From assembly GCA_963797095.1 (NCBI GenBank), contig CAWCNY010000001.1, positions 114,061 to 178,060 of the forward strand: a DNA stretch of 64,000 nt. The letters are read 5' to 3'. The notes beneath the pieces were generated by a model that had not been told where the DNA came from, made no database searches, and was given only the letters and a program-made list of their open reading frames with translations. This DNA is from an uncultured Chloroflexia bacterium. GTDB lineage: Bacteria > Chloroflexota > Chloroflexia > QHBQ01 > JADMIH01. Shown piece after piece: positions 9,989 through 18,977 of this stretch (its first letter is position 1; every line of letters begins with the position of its first letter). The translations under genes were made by a program, and so were the position numbers.

Positions 9989-10282
9989 GTGGCAATCAAG
10001 GTGATCGTGGAACTACAGGCCAAACCGGGCAAGCGGGCTGAACTCAAGGATCTGCTGGAGAGCGTTGCGGCGAAGCTTGGACCGGGCGAGCCCGGTTTCC
10101 TGGGCAGCACACGCTACGAGGTACTCGATAGTCCCGACGTACTGGTTGAGATTGCCGATTGGCAGTCGGCCGAGGTGCGCGCGAGGGCTATGCAGGAGGC
10201 TATGGCCAGCGGCGCCTACGCACCTCTGATGGATCTGTTAGCCGCGCCCTTCAAGGCGCTAGTCATCAGGGAACTGCCCTGA
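9989..10282 (+). CDS. ABM-domain putative monooxygenase
   Basis: GTG start after AAAGGAG. IKVIVELQAKPGKRAELKDLLESV ... VLVEIADWQSAEVRARAMQ. Confidence 0.6.
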   Translation: MAIKVIVELQAKPGKRAELKDLLESVAAKLGPGEPGFLGSTRYEVLDSPDVLVEIADWQSAEVRARAMQEAMASGAYAPLMDLLAAPFKALVIRELP

Positions 10283-10389
10283 CGGGCGGACGACGTCGCC
10301 GTCGTCGCCTTCAGCAGGACGCGGCCGGCGCGCTGCGCCTGCAACCCCTGTCAATCATACGTGTTTAGCAAAATCAAGGAGAATCAACC

Positions 10390-10822
10390 ATGTCAGCAGA
10401 AAACGATGTCCGACAGGCATCAGCACAATTCTACGCCGCATTGAACAGTATGGCCAACGGGGATGCCAGCTCAATGCCTGACATCTGGTCCCACAGCGCG
10501 ACCGTCACGACCATGCACCCGATCGGCGGTCGGGAAGTCGGCTGGGAAGAAGTCAAGGAGCCGTGGGGCCAGGTAGGCCAACTGGCCTCAGGCGGGCAGA
10601 TTTAACCTGAACGAACAACTCATTCAGGTTTCCGGCGATATTGCCTATGAAGTGGGACTCGAACAAGGTCAGTTTACACTGGCCGGAGAGCCGGTCGCCA
10701 TCGATCACCGCGTCACAAACATCTACCGCCGCGAGAACGGGGCCTGGAAGATCGTCCATCACCATGCTGATACTTCTCCTGCCATGCTGGACATTCTCAG
10801 CCGTTTGCAGGCCAGGGCGTAG
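10390..10822 (+). pseudogene. NTF2/SnoaL-like (DUF4440-type) protein, frameshifted (possibly an assembly artefact)
   Basis: Frame 1 ends at ...LASGGQI* (10603-10605). The +1 frame continues NLNEQLIQVSGDIAYEVGLEQGQFTLAGEPVAIDHRVTNIYRRENGAWKIVHHHAD to TAG at 10820-10822. Removing one T from the TTT at 10601-10603 joins the two parts. Confidence 0.6.
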
Positions 10823-10912
10823 TTCTGAGGGGAGCCCCATCCACTTCTGAAGCTTATGGATCTTATGGATGCTCACTATCCAGATCTAGCATGGAGGTTC
10901 AAACCAGTGCAA

Positions 10913-12184
10913 ATGAAGATCAGACGTTTCATTATGACAATCGTAGCTTTCGCTCTGCTCATAGTCGTGACGGTGGGGGCTACCGGAAAGGCCACAGCCG
11001 CGCCGAACCGCCAGGCAGGTCCGCAAACCTGGACCGTGTTGGTAGGCGCGCAGGCCGAGATTGAACAGACCGATATGGGCCCGGCGGGTGCCTGGCAACT
11101 CATGAAGTTCTATCCGGACAAACTGACCATCAACGAAGGCGACACGGTGGTGTGGAAGATCAACTCGGCAGAGTTTCATGACGTAATCTTTGCGCCTCCC
11201 GGCCAGGCCTTCGTGCCGCTCACTACCGCCGAAGGGGGCCAGAACGGTCCGCCTACAGTGGTCATAAGTCCTCTATTTGCGGCGCCTTCAGGAGGCCCGA
11301 ATTACGATGGCACAACCCTGGCCAATTCGGGCGAGCTGGCCATGGCCGCGCCGGGCTCACCGGAATTCCGCCTTACCTTTCCCAAGGCAGGCAGCTACGA
11401 CTACTACTGCAACATCCATTCGGCTCCGCTTCCTGACGGACAGATCGCAGGCATGACCGGCAACATCACTGTCCGGGCTGCCGGTTCGGCGCTTGCCAGC
11501 ACTCCCGACCAGGTAAGCGCGGACGCCCAGGCCGCCATCGCTGCCGACCAGCAGGCTGCCACGGCAGAAGATACCCAGGTTAAGCAGGCGATTCCTCCTA
11601 CGTCGAACTCTGATGGCACGATGACCTACCACATAAAGGCCGGCTTCGACACGCAGACGGCCGCGTATATGCGTTTCACCCCTTCGGACATCACGATCCA
11701 CGCGGGTGATACAGTAACTTGGCAGCAGAATTCCGCCGTCTCGCCCCACACCTTTACACTTACATCAGGGGCAAAAGATCCCGATCTGGTGGTGGCGCTA
11801 CCTCGATCATCCGGCCCGCCCAAGCTTATTCTCAATCCACAGGTTTTGCTGCCTGCCGGTGGCACGACCTACGACGGGCAAGGCTTCTTCAGTTCAGGCT
11901 TTGTTCCCGGTACGCAGGATCCCACTCCCGGCCCTCGGACTTACAGCCTCAAGTTCTCCACGCCCGGAACCTATGAATATATCTGCATACTGCATGATGA
12001 CATGGGAATGAATGGGCACATCACTGTGCTGGCCGCCGGGGACGCCGGAACGACGCCGGGTATGCCCTCCACCGGGCGATCCGGTAGCGAGGGCGCGCTG
12101 CTGTTGGCTGCCGGGTTGGCTGGTCTGGTGCTCCTTTTGGCTGGTTTCACTCTTCGCCATAAGGTCATAAGCTTGCGCCGGTAA
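10913..12184 (+). CDS. Secreted double-cupredoxin (type-1 copper) protein with a C-terminal sortase-type anchor
   Basis: N-terminal TM/signal sequence MKIRRFIMTIVAFALLIV. Copper-ligand motifs YYCNIHSAP...GM and YICILHDDMGMNGH. C-terminus MPSTG plus a hydrophobic stretch plus RHKVISLRR. Confidence 0.7.
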   Translation: MKIRRFIMTIVAFALLIVVTVGATGKATAAPNRQAGPQTWTVLVGAQAEIEQTDMGPAGAWQLMKFYPDKLTINEGDTVVWKINSAEFHDVIFAPPGQAFVPLTTAEGGQNGPPTVVISPLFAAPSGGPNYDGTTLANSGELAMAAPGSPEFRLTFPKAGSYDYYCNIHSAPLPDGQIAGMTGNITVRAAGSALASTPDQVSADAQAAIAADQQAATAEDTQVKQAIPPTSNSDGTMTYHIKAGFDTQTAAYMRFTPSDITIHAGDTVTWQQNSAVSPHTFTLTSGAKDPDLVVALPRSSGPPKLILNPQVLLPAGGTTYDGQGFFSSGFVPGTQDPTPGPRTYSLKFSTPGTYEYICILHDDMGMNGHITVLAAGDAGTTPGMPSTGRSGSEGALLLAAGLAGLVLLLAGFTLRHKVISLRR

Positions 12185-12376
12185 ACAAGACGAACTGAGA
12201 GGACGATGAGCGGATTCGCCTTTGTCAAGCGGGTTCGCTCCTTCTCCGGTGGCCAACAGATGACAGTTGATAGTGCCAGAAGCAGCTGGCTGGCTCGGCT
12301 TAGCTGATTGGGACGATGAGACCTTGCTAGGCATCAATTAGGTCTTCCCCATATCGGGGATCAGCGTATTCCTCGT

Positions 12377-12400
12377 GTCCACGGGTCCACGCGTCCACTT
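12377..12400. repeat. GTCCAC(G) repeated three times with an 8-nt period, upstream of the cyclase-STAND gene
   Basis: GTCCACGG GTCCACGC GTCCACTT read directly. Confidence 0.8.
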
Positions 12401-12457
12401 TGTATGGCGAATGCCACGTTGCTCGTTACGCAGTGCGTAGTTACAGGAGAGCATTGA

Positions 12458-15400
12458 ATGGAGTGCCCGAATTGTAAGACACGAAATCCCGAAGGCGCCA
12501 GGTTCTGCTTCAACTGCGGCGCCCCGCTGCCAATAGCCTGTCGAAATTGCGGTACGAGCCTCGTGCAGGGCGCGAAGTTCTGCTTCAACTGTGGAACGCC
12601 GGTGGTATCGACGACCGACCATCGACCACCGACCACCGACAATGGAGGGCGAGTGGCTGATGACGAGATGCAACCATCATCTGTGCAGCCCTATCCGTCC
12701 TCCGTACACACCTTGGAAGAGGAAGCCGTTGGGGGTCGGTCGTCGGTGGTCGACCGTCTGGAGCAATATATCCCCAAAGAGTTACTGGCCAAGCTGGAGC
12801 GGGCGCGGGCCAACCGCAGCATGGCGGGGGAGCGGCGCATCGTAACGATGCTCTTTTGCGACGTGAAGGGCTCAACCAGCCTTGCCGAGATGCTCGACCC
12901 AGAGGAGTGGGCGGAGATCATGAACGGAGCGTTCAAGTATCTCATCGAGCCGGTGTATCGCTACGAAGGCACTCTCGCCCGGCTCATGGGCGATGCTATC
13001 CTGGCATTTTTCGGCGCGCCGATCGGGCATGAGGACGACCCGCAGCGGGCGGTGCTGGCAGCCCTCGACATCGTAGAGGGCATGAAGGTCTACAGCGAGC
13101 AGATCAAGCGCGAGCGCAACCTGGAGCTCAATGTGCGCATCGGCATCAACACCGGTCTCGTCGTCGTGGGTGAGGTGGGCTCCGACCTACGCGTCGAGTA
13201 CACGGCCATGGGGGACGCCGTCAATGTGGCCTCGCGCATGGAGCAAACTGCCGAGCCGGGTACCCTACAAGTCTCCGCCAGCACATACAAATCGATATCG
13301 AATCTCTTCGAGTTCAAATCGCTTGGTGACATAGAGGTGAAGGGCAAGAGCGAGCCGGTAGCCGCCTTCCAAGTGCTCAGAGCCATAGACGGTGCTGTGC
13401 CTATGCGCGGAATCGAGGGGTTGAAGACTCCTTTCGTGGGGCGCGAGCGCGAATTGTCACAGCTGCGGTCAGTCCTCGACAATCTATTGCAGGGCCAAGG
13501 GCAGATCGTATCAGTAATGGGCGAGGCCGGCCTGGGCAAGTCGAGGCTGATCGGCGAAATGCGGAATTCGGAGTTTGGAGTTCAGAATGCCACGGACTCA
13601 AACATCCCGCATTTTGCATCCCACATTTCGCATTGGTATGAGGGGCGCTCCCTTTCGTATGAGACTGCCACTCCTTACGCTCCGTTCGTCGACATGCTCG
13701 GCACGCTCTTTGGCCTGCGCGACGAGGATACCGGCGAGGAAAAGTACAGCAAGCTCAAGGCGAAACTCGCGGAGCTAGTTGCGAGTAATACGGGGTACGA
13801 AAGACTGCCAGCTATCAACTCGCAACCTTCATCTCCCAACTACCTTAGGGAAATCGCTCCTTACCTCTCGACTCTGTTCGGCATAAATCTCTCGGGGGAA
13901 GACGCGGAGCGGGTGAAGTATCTCGAGCCGCTTGCCCTGCGAGGGCGCGTATTCTACGCGATCGCCACTCTCGTTGGGGCGCTGGCAAGCTCGGGGCCTT
14001 GCGTGCTGACCTTTGAGGACCTTCACTGGACTGATCCCACTTCCCTCGAATTGATCGAGAGCCTACTGCCGCTCATAAGGAGGGCGCCTCTCCTGATCCT
14101 GGCCATCTTCCGGCCTCAGCCGCAAGACCCGTCCTGGCGCTTCCACGAGATCGCTTCTAGCGATTACGCGCAGAGCTACACGCCTATCATCTTGCAGCCG
14201 CTCGATGAAGAGCAATCTCGCCAGCTTGTGGCCAATCTCCTGGAGATCGAAGACCTGCCGGAAAAGGTGCGCGCGCTCATTCTGCAGAAGGCAGAGGGGA
14301 ATCCATTCTACGTAGAAGAGGTTATCCGCTCCCTTCTAGACGCCGGGTTGGTGGTGCGAGTGGACGGCCACTGGCGGGCCACCCGCGAGATCGAGAATAT
14401 AGCAGTGCCCGATACCCTGGCCGGTGTAATCACTGCGCGTCTCGACAGACTGGACGACGAATCGAAGTATGTAGCCCAGACCGCGTCGGTCATCGGCAGG
14501 GAGTTTCAGTACGATGTGTTAGGGGACGTCTACGAAGCCCCGCAAGAGATCGATCGGGCTCTCTCTACGTTGCAGCAAAGAGAGTTGGTGCGCGAGAAGA
14601 GCCAGGTTCTTGCTGCGCAATTCAGGCCCAGGCGTGCCTACCTCTTCAAACATGTGCTCACCCAGGAGACCGCTTACGCATCAGTGCTCCTGAGCAGGCG
14701 TAGAGAGCTGCACCGCAAAGTAGCCGAGTATCTGGAGCGAGTAGAGCCCGAACGCGCCAGCGAGATCGGGAGACACTTCCTGCAAGCGCGGCAACAGGCA
14801 CGCGCCCTGCCCTACCTGCTGGAGGCGGGAGACCGGGCTCTTCGCTCGGGGGCACGCGCAGAGGCTGCCAGCTATTACACGAAGATAATCGAGGCGCTAC
14901 CGCAGGCGGACAACCTTGAAATTGGGCGGCGCGCTTACGAGGGTTTGGGCAAGGCGCGGGAGTTCACCATGGACGTGCCGGGTGCGATAGAGAGCTACAA
15001 TGCCATGCTGCAATTCGGCCGGCAGCACGGCGATGCGCCTGTGCAGGTCTCTGCCCTGAACAAGTTATCGCTTATCGAAGTGATGATGCTTGGACAATAC
15101 GACGAGGCAGAAAAGCACCTGGCCGAATCGGAAGAACTTGCCCTCGAAAATGAAGAAGTGCCCGGGTTGGTCGAGTTGTACACGGTGCGCTGTGGTATGT
15201 GCTCGGCGGTGGCCGACTTCGGCAACGCGAGTAGGTACCTGAGTGAGGCAGCCCAGCTCGGGAGCAAGATGGACGATATACAGACTATCGCCTATGGGTT
15301 GGCCCACAAGTCGAATATGCTCACCCACATGACCGAATACGAAGAGGCATGGGAGACTGCTCAGGAGGGCTTGAAGGTAGCCGAGGAAGCCAATAACTTG

Positions 15401-16327
15401 GAACGTCGCGCCGAAATCCTTACCTATAGTGTCCCTGTTTACCATATGCGTAACGGCCAGCTTACCGAGGCACAGCAGGCTGCGGAAGAGGGCTATGAGA
15501 TTGCGGTGAGGATCGGCACTACTTACCCGCCTTTGCTGGGAGCAATTATGCTTGGCTACCTCGCTCAGATGCAAGGTGACTACGAAGCCGCCATACAGTG
15601 GTTCGAGCGTGCCCTGGAGCGCGCTCGCCCGTTGATCGAGGTCGTGCCGTTCATGACCGCCATTCCCTTGGGCGGACTCGGCTCGGTATGTCTGAACATC
15701 AGCACCAAAATGGTAGACAAAGTAGTAAAGCTGCATGCGCAAGCTCTGGAGATTTTGCGCACGCCCACAGGCGCGCTCGCCGGAGGCAATGGGTGGGCCG
15801 ACCTGGGCTTCTGCGCCCTCGAGTTGGGCCAGATAGAGCATGCCGACGAGTACTTTCAGAACGGTTTGCATGGCCCATCCATACAGATGTATGTGCAGCG
15901 CCCCAGATTGCTGGCAGGAGCGGCGCTGGTAGCTCTAGCGAAAAACCGTGTGGATGAAGCAGCAAAGTTGGTGGGCGAGGCGCGACACTACGCCGAAGAA
16001 CGCCGCATGAAATCTGACTATCCTCTCGTCAGTATCGTCGACGCGAAAGTGAGCGCAGCCCGAGGAGACACCGAAGCCGCTCTGAGGCTCTACAGAGAAG
16101 CGGTCAGCCTGGCTCTGGAGATGAAGATGCTCCCCATTGCGCTGCAGGCCCGCCTGGGCGCGCTGGCAGTACTGGCGGACTGTGGGCAATTGTCAGAGGC
16201 TGCTCAGCTCCGCCACGATGCCCAATCCACAATCGATGTAATGGCAGGGTCGTTCAAGAGCGACGAGTACCGCAAGATGTTTGTCGAAAGCGCTGGCGAG
16301 AAGCTGGCGAGAAGCTGGCGAACGTAA
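12458..16327 (+). CDS. Double zinc-ribbon - class III adenylate/guanylate cyclase - AAA STAND - TPR protein
   Basis: CPNCKTRNPEGARFCFNCG and CRNCGTSLVQGAKFCFNCG. Cyclase motifs MLFCDVKGST, GDAILAFFGAP and RIGINTGLVVVGEVG...YTAMGDAVNVASRME. Walker A is VMGEAGLGKSRLI. TPR-like C-terminal half. Confidence 0.85.
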   Translation: MECPNCKTRNPEGARFCFNCGAPLPIACRNCGTSLVQGAKFCFNCGTPVVSTTDHRPPTTDNGGRVADDEMQPSSVQPYPSSVHTLEEEAVGGRSSVVDRLEQYIPKELLAKLERARANRSMAGERRIVTMLFCDVKGSTSLAEMLDPEEWAEIMNGAFKYLIEPVYRYEGTLARLMGDAILAFFGAPIGHEDDPQRAVLAALDIVEGMKVYSEQIKRERNLELNVRIGINTGLVVVGEVGSDLRVEYTAMGDAVNVASRMEQTAEPGTLQVSASTYKSISNLFEFKSLGDIEVKGKSEPVAAFQVLRAIDGAVPMRGIEGLKTPFVGRERELSQLRSVLDNLLQGQGQIVSVMGEAGLGKSRLIGEMRNSEFGVQNATDSNIPHFASHISHWYEGRSLSYETATPYAPFVDMLGTLFGLRDEDTGEEKYSKLKAKLAELVASNTGYERLPAINSQPSSPNYLREIAPYLSTLFGINLSGEDAERVKYLEPLALRGRVFYAIATLVGALASSGPCVLTFEDLHWTDPTSLELIESLLPLIRRAPLLILAIFRPQPQDPSWRFHEIASSDYAQSYTPIILQPLDEEQSRQLVANLLEIEDLPEKVRALILQKAEGNPFYVEEVIRSLLDAGLVVRVDGHWRATREIENIAVPDTLAGVITARLDRLDDESKYVAQTASVIGREFQYDVLGDVYEAPQEIDRALSTLQQRELVREKSQVLAAQFRPRRAYLFKHVLTQETAYASVLLSRRRELHRKVAEYLERVEPERASEIGRHFLQARQQARALPYLLEAGDRALRSGARAEAASYYTKIIEALPQADNLEIGRRAYEGLGKAREFTMDVPGAIESYNAMLQFGRQHGDAPVQVSALNKLSLIEVMMLGQYDEAEKHLAESEELALENEEVPGLVELYTVRCGMCSAVADFGNASRYLSEAAQLGSKMDDIQTIAYGLAHKSNMLTHMTEYEEAWETAQEGLKVAEEANNLERRAEILTYSVPVYHMRNGQLTEAQQAAEEGYEIAVRIGTTYPPLLGAIMLGYLAQMQGDYEAAIQWFERALERARPLIEVVPFMTAIPLGGLGSVCLNISTKMVDKVVKLHAQALEILRTPTGALAGGNGWADLGFCALELGQIEHADEYFQNGLHGPSIQMYVQRPRLLAGAALVALAKNRVDEAAKLVGEARHYAEERRMKSDYPLVSIVDAKVSAARGDTEAALRLYREAVSLALEMKMLPIALQARLGALAVLADCGQLSEAAQLRHDAQSTIDVMAGSFKSDEYRKMFVESAGEKLARSWRT
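12616..12640 (+). repeat. Heptamer array (CGACCAY)x3.6 inside the cyclase-STAND linker
   Basis: CGACCAT CGACCAC CGACCAC CGAC, encoding TDHRPPTTD. A near-complementary GTCGGTCGTCGGTGGTCGACC lies about 100 nt downstream. Confidence 0.85.
16292..16322 (+). repeat. 11-nt tandem repeat (GCTGGCGAGAA)x2.8 forming the last codons of the cyclase-STAND gene
   Basis: GCTGGCGAGAA GCTGGCGAGAA GCTGGCGAAC immediately before the TAA stop. Confidence 0.9.
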
Positions 16328-16500
16328 CGAGTATTTCGTCTTGGATGTGTCAGAAACCGGACCACAGGGTGGCAGGAAGGGAGTAATAGGTAGTTTATCA
16401 TTGGTAAATTACACCAATCGAAACTCTACCTGGCAAGAACTGCTGTCCGACGAAGTTGTGGTCATCAGAAAGCACACAGCACCGTCCCCGCTCTCCACTA

Positions 16501-16899
16501 TTATTGGGCTCTCCCGCCCCGCGGGCGCAGTTGTTCGAGACGGATGTCGTGCTGCCAGAAGTCGTGCATGTCATACTCGTACTCGAAGCGTTCACCCGGC
16601 CGCAGCTTGAAATCGGAGAGCTTCACGTGAGAGGGATTGTCATCGAACAAGATACCACCGTCTCGGTAAATGCCAGCCTCTTTGCCAAAGATGAGAAAGC
16701 GATGCAAATGCAAGTTCTCCCAGCCCATGGCTATCTGGAGAATGCTGTGCAGTTGGGCGATGGTCGTATCGCTGGTCACCAGGAGGCGGCGCCAGATCAT
16801 GGGACTGCAATGGCGCAGCACCACCTTGAGTTGATAGACCTGGCCGTCGGCTTGCGTTTGATCATCGCTCACAAAAGCGGAAGAGGAGCAATTCTCCAT
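16501..16899 (-). CDS. pRiA4b ORF-3-like family protein
   Basis: VYQLKVVLRHCSPMIWRRLLVTSDTTIAQLHSILQIAMGWENLHLHRFLIFGKE ... FEYEYDMHDFWQHDIRLE matches the PRiA4_ORF3 signature as I remember it. Confidence 0.6.
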   Translation of the reverse strand: MENCSSSAFVSDDQTQADGQVYQLKVVLRHCSPMIWRRLLVTSDTTIAQLHSILQIAMGWENLHLHRFLIFGKEAGIYRDGGILFDDNPSHVKLSDFKLRPGERFEYEYDMHDFWQHDIRLEQLRPRGGRAQ

Positions 16900-17099
16900 A
16901 CATATCGCCTATATCGCCAATGACAGAGACTCGACGTGGGTGGCGATACCCCGACTTTTAGTGCTCTCTGGCCAGTGACGCCCCGCTTGCTCTGGCGTAT
17001 TGCGTAGATACTGAGCGCCAGACATAGGATTACGAGCCAGAGAGCCACTGTGAACAAACCTGTTCGTTTGTTTTGCACAGTGACCCGCAGGCTAGTCAT
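16869..17099 (-). CDS. Possible small single-pass membrane protein bridging the HerA-like and pRiA4-like genes
   Basis: 76 codons with the hydrophobic helix LFTVALWLVILCLALSIYAI. It overlaps the HerA stop by 8 nt and the pRiA4-like start by 31 nt. No homology recognised. Confidence 0.25.
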   Translation of the reverse strand: MTSLRVTVQNKRTGLFTVALWLVILCLALSIYAIRQSKRGVTGQRALKVGVSPPTSSLCHWRYRRYVWRIAPLPLL

Positions 17100-18828
17100 T
17101 GAATAAATCCTCCAGCGAGACTTTAGCTTTATCGGCGCGGGCGAGGTTTTGGTCGATTTGGCGGGCGGGTTTGGTGGGGGTGGATTTGAGGTCGTTGTAG
17201 AAGGTGGTGTCGAAGGTGCGGACGCGGAGGACTACTTCCATGGGGACGGCGTGGCCCATTAGCATGACTTCTTGCTTGGAGTTGAGGGTGGCGAGGAGGT
17301 TTTTTAGCTGGGTGCCGCCCCGGATACCTGTGAAGACGGAGTCGATGTCGCGTTCGTCGTTGAGGAGGGCGGTTATGCGCGTGCCTAATTGGCTCATTAC
17401 TTCATCGTCTATGCCGGACGGGCGCTGGTCGATGACCATGAGGGTGACGAGGTATTTGCGCATTTCGCGGGCGATGGTGCCGAAGATGGTGGCGGAGTTG
17501 CGGGAGAGGAATTTGTGGGCTTCTTCGATGGTGATCATGAGGGGTTTGGGGGGTTCGGCTTTGCCGTCTTCGTGGTCTTCGGACCAGCTGACCCAGGAGT
17601 TGTGGATGCGTTTGGTGAGGATGTTGGCGACGAGCATGTAGGCGAGGGTGGAGCGGTGCTGGCCGAACATGAGGATAACGTGCTTGTCCGATTTGAGGTC
17701 GGAGATGAGGCCTTCGATGCCGGTGCCGACGCGCTGGGAGGAGCGGGTGACGAAGGCAAGGTCGGCGATGGTTTCGAGCTTGCGTTTGAGGCCTTCGAGG
17801 GAGCCTGTGTGAGCGCCTGTTTCTTTGGCGAAGTCGTTGAGGTCTTCGGAGGACATGGAGATGAGGCGTTCAATCCAGCCGGAACCGAGCTTGCGGTGGG
17901 CCTGGCGGGCGGTGATGATGGCGGCTGAGCCTTCGCCCATTTTTAGCTCGGAGGCGAGGGCTTCGATGTCGTCGATGGTGATGTCGGAGAGGGGGATGCG
18001 GATGGTGCCGTCGGCCCCGCCGCCACGACGGGAGGCTTCTTCGTCCATTGTGTAGAGGGCGACGCGGGATTTGCCGAAGAGATCGCGGAGGCCGCGTGCG
18101 ACTGTGTTGTTTTCGAGGCGCTTTTCGGAGGCGTACTCGGAGTGCATGTCGAAGATGAGGTTGGTGGAGGCGTTGGAGGCGATGAGGCCGGAGAGGAGGA
18201 GGCGGGCGAGGACGGATTTGCCGGTGCCTGAGCGTCCGAAGATGCCGTTGGAGCGTTCGACGAAGCGGCGGAGGTCGATGCAGATGGGGGCGGCGAGGGC
18301 GTCGGCTTCGTCGAGCTCGCGGGGGTAGCCCACGATGAAGTGGTGTTTATCGGGCTGGCCGAATACGAGGCCGTAGTCGGTGGTGCCTGCGGAGTAGGAG
18401 GGGGAGAAGGGGCCGGGGATGGTGCGGGCGGGGCGGGGGGTGCCTTCGGGGGAGAGCTCGAGGGCGAGGCGGACGTTGCATTCGGCGTAGGTGGCGGAGC
18501 GGGAGAGGGTTTCGTGGATTAGTGATTTTGGATTTTGGATTTTGGATTTTGGATCTGAGTAAGTGTCGGGGGGGTCCATGGCTATGGTGGGGTCGGTGGA
18601 GGCGAGGCGGAAGGAGCTGATGGTGCCGAAGAAGCGGACGTGGCGGCCTTCTACTACTACGAATTGACCCTGGCGCAGTAGCTCGACTGCCTGGTCGCGG
18701 TGGAGGTGGATGGTGACGCCGCGCTCGGTGTCGGCGGCGGTTACCTGGCCCAGGAGGTGGCGCTCGCCTGGGGTTGGTTGGTGGTTTTTTGAGAGGAGTT
18801 GGGAGACTAGGGAGCCGTTGTTTTCCAT
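17092..18828 (-). CDS. HerA-like (DUF87) P-loop ATPase
   Basis: N-terminal barrel-like segment LGQVTAADTERGVTIHLH...FVVVEGRHVRFFGTI. Walker A is GIFGRSGTGKSVLARLL. Walker B-like PLMITIEEAHKFLS. VTLMVIDQRPSGIDDEVMSQLGTRITALLNDERD. Confidence 0.8.
   Translation of the reverse strand: MENNGSLVSQLLSKNHQPTPGERHLLGQVTAADTERGVTIHLHRDQAVELLRQGQFVVVEGRHVRFFGTISSFRLASTDPTIAMDPPDTYSDPKSKIQNPKSLIHETLSRSATYAECNVRLALELSPEGTPRPARTIPGPFSPSYSAGTTDYGLVFGQPDKHHFIVGYPRELDEADALAAPICIDLRRFVERSNGIFGRSGTGKSVLARLLLSGLIASNASTNLIFDMHSEYASEKRLENNTVARGLRDLFGKSRVALYTMDEEASRRGGGADGTIRIPLSDITIDDIEALASELKMGEGSAAIITARQAHRKLGSGWIERLISMSSEDLNDFAKETGAHTGSLEGLKRKLETIADLAFVTRSSQRVGTGIEGLISDLKSDKHVILMFGQHRSTLAYMLVANILTKRIHNSWVSWSEDHEDGKAEPPKPLMITIEEAHKFLSRNSATIFGTIAREMRKYLVTLMVIDQRPSGIDDEVMSQLGTRITALLNDERDIDSVFTGIRGGTQLKNLLATLNSKQEVMLMGHAVPMEVVLRVRTFDTTFYNDLKSTPTKPARQIDQNLARADKAKVSLEDLFND
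18524..18551. repeat. Heptamer array (GATTTTG)x4 inside the HerA-like CDS
   Basis: Four perfect copies, translated on the minus strand as SDPKSKIQNPKSLI. Confidence 0.95.
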
Positions 18829-18977
18829 ATGTTATCTCTTTTCTTTTGGAACACGAAGACACGAAGGAGAGCGAAGGGCACGAAGGATTCTTTTTGTTTA
18901 TTTCCCGCAGAGGCGCAGAGAGCGCGGAGGTTGTTGATGAACCACAGAGGCACAGAGGCACAGAGGCACGGAGGCTT
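18829..18977. repeat. Intercistronic spacer built almost entirely of purine-rich (plus strand) 8-10-nt tandem repeats
   Basis: ACACGAAG x2 plus two further CGAAG units (18851-18886). CGCAGAGG CGCAGAGAG CGCGGAGG (18906-18930). CACAGAGG x3 plus CACGGAGG (18943-18974). Confidence 0.9.

Noticed and set aside
15065-15871. 268-aa minus-strand ORF inside the cyclase-STAND gene.
   Set aside because: It is an antisense shadow. The plus strand carries continuous TPR-like sequence as part of one 1289-aa ORF.
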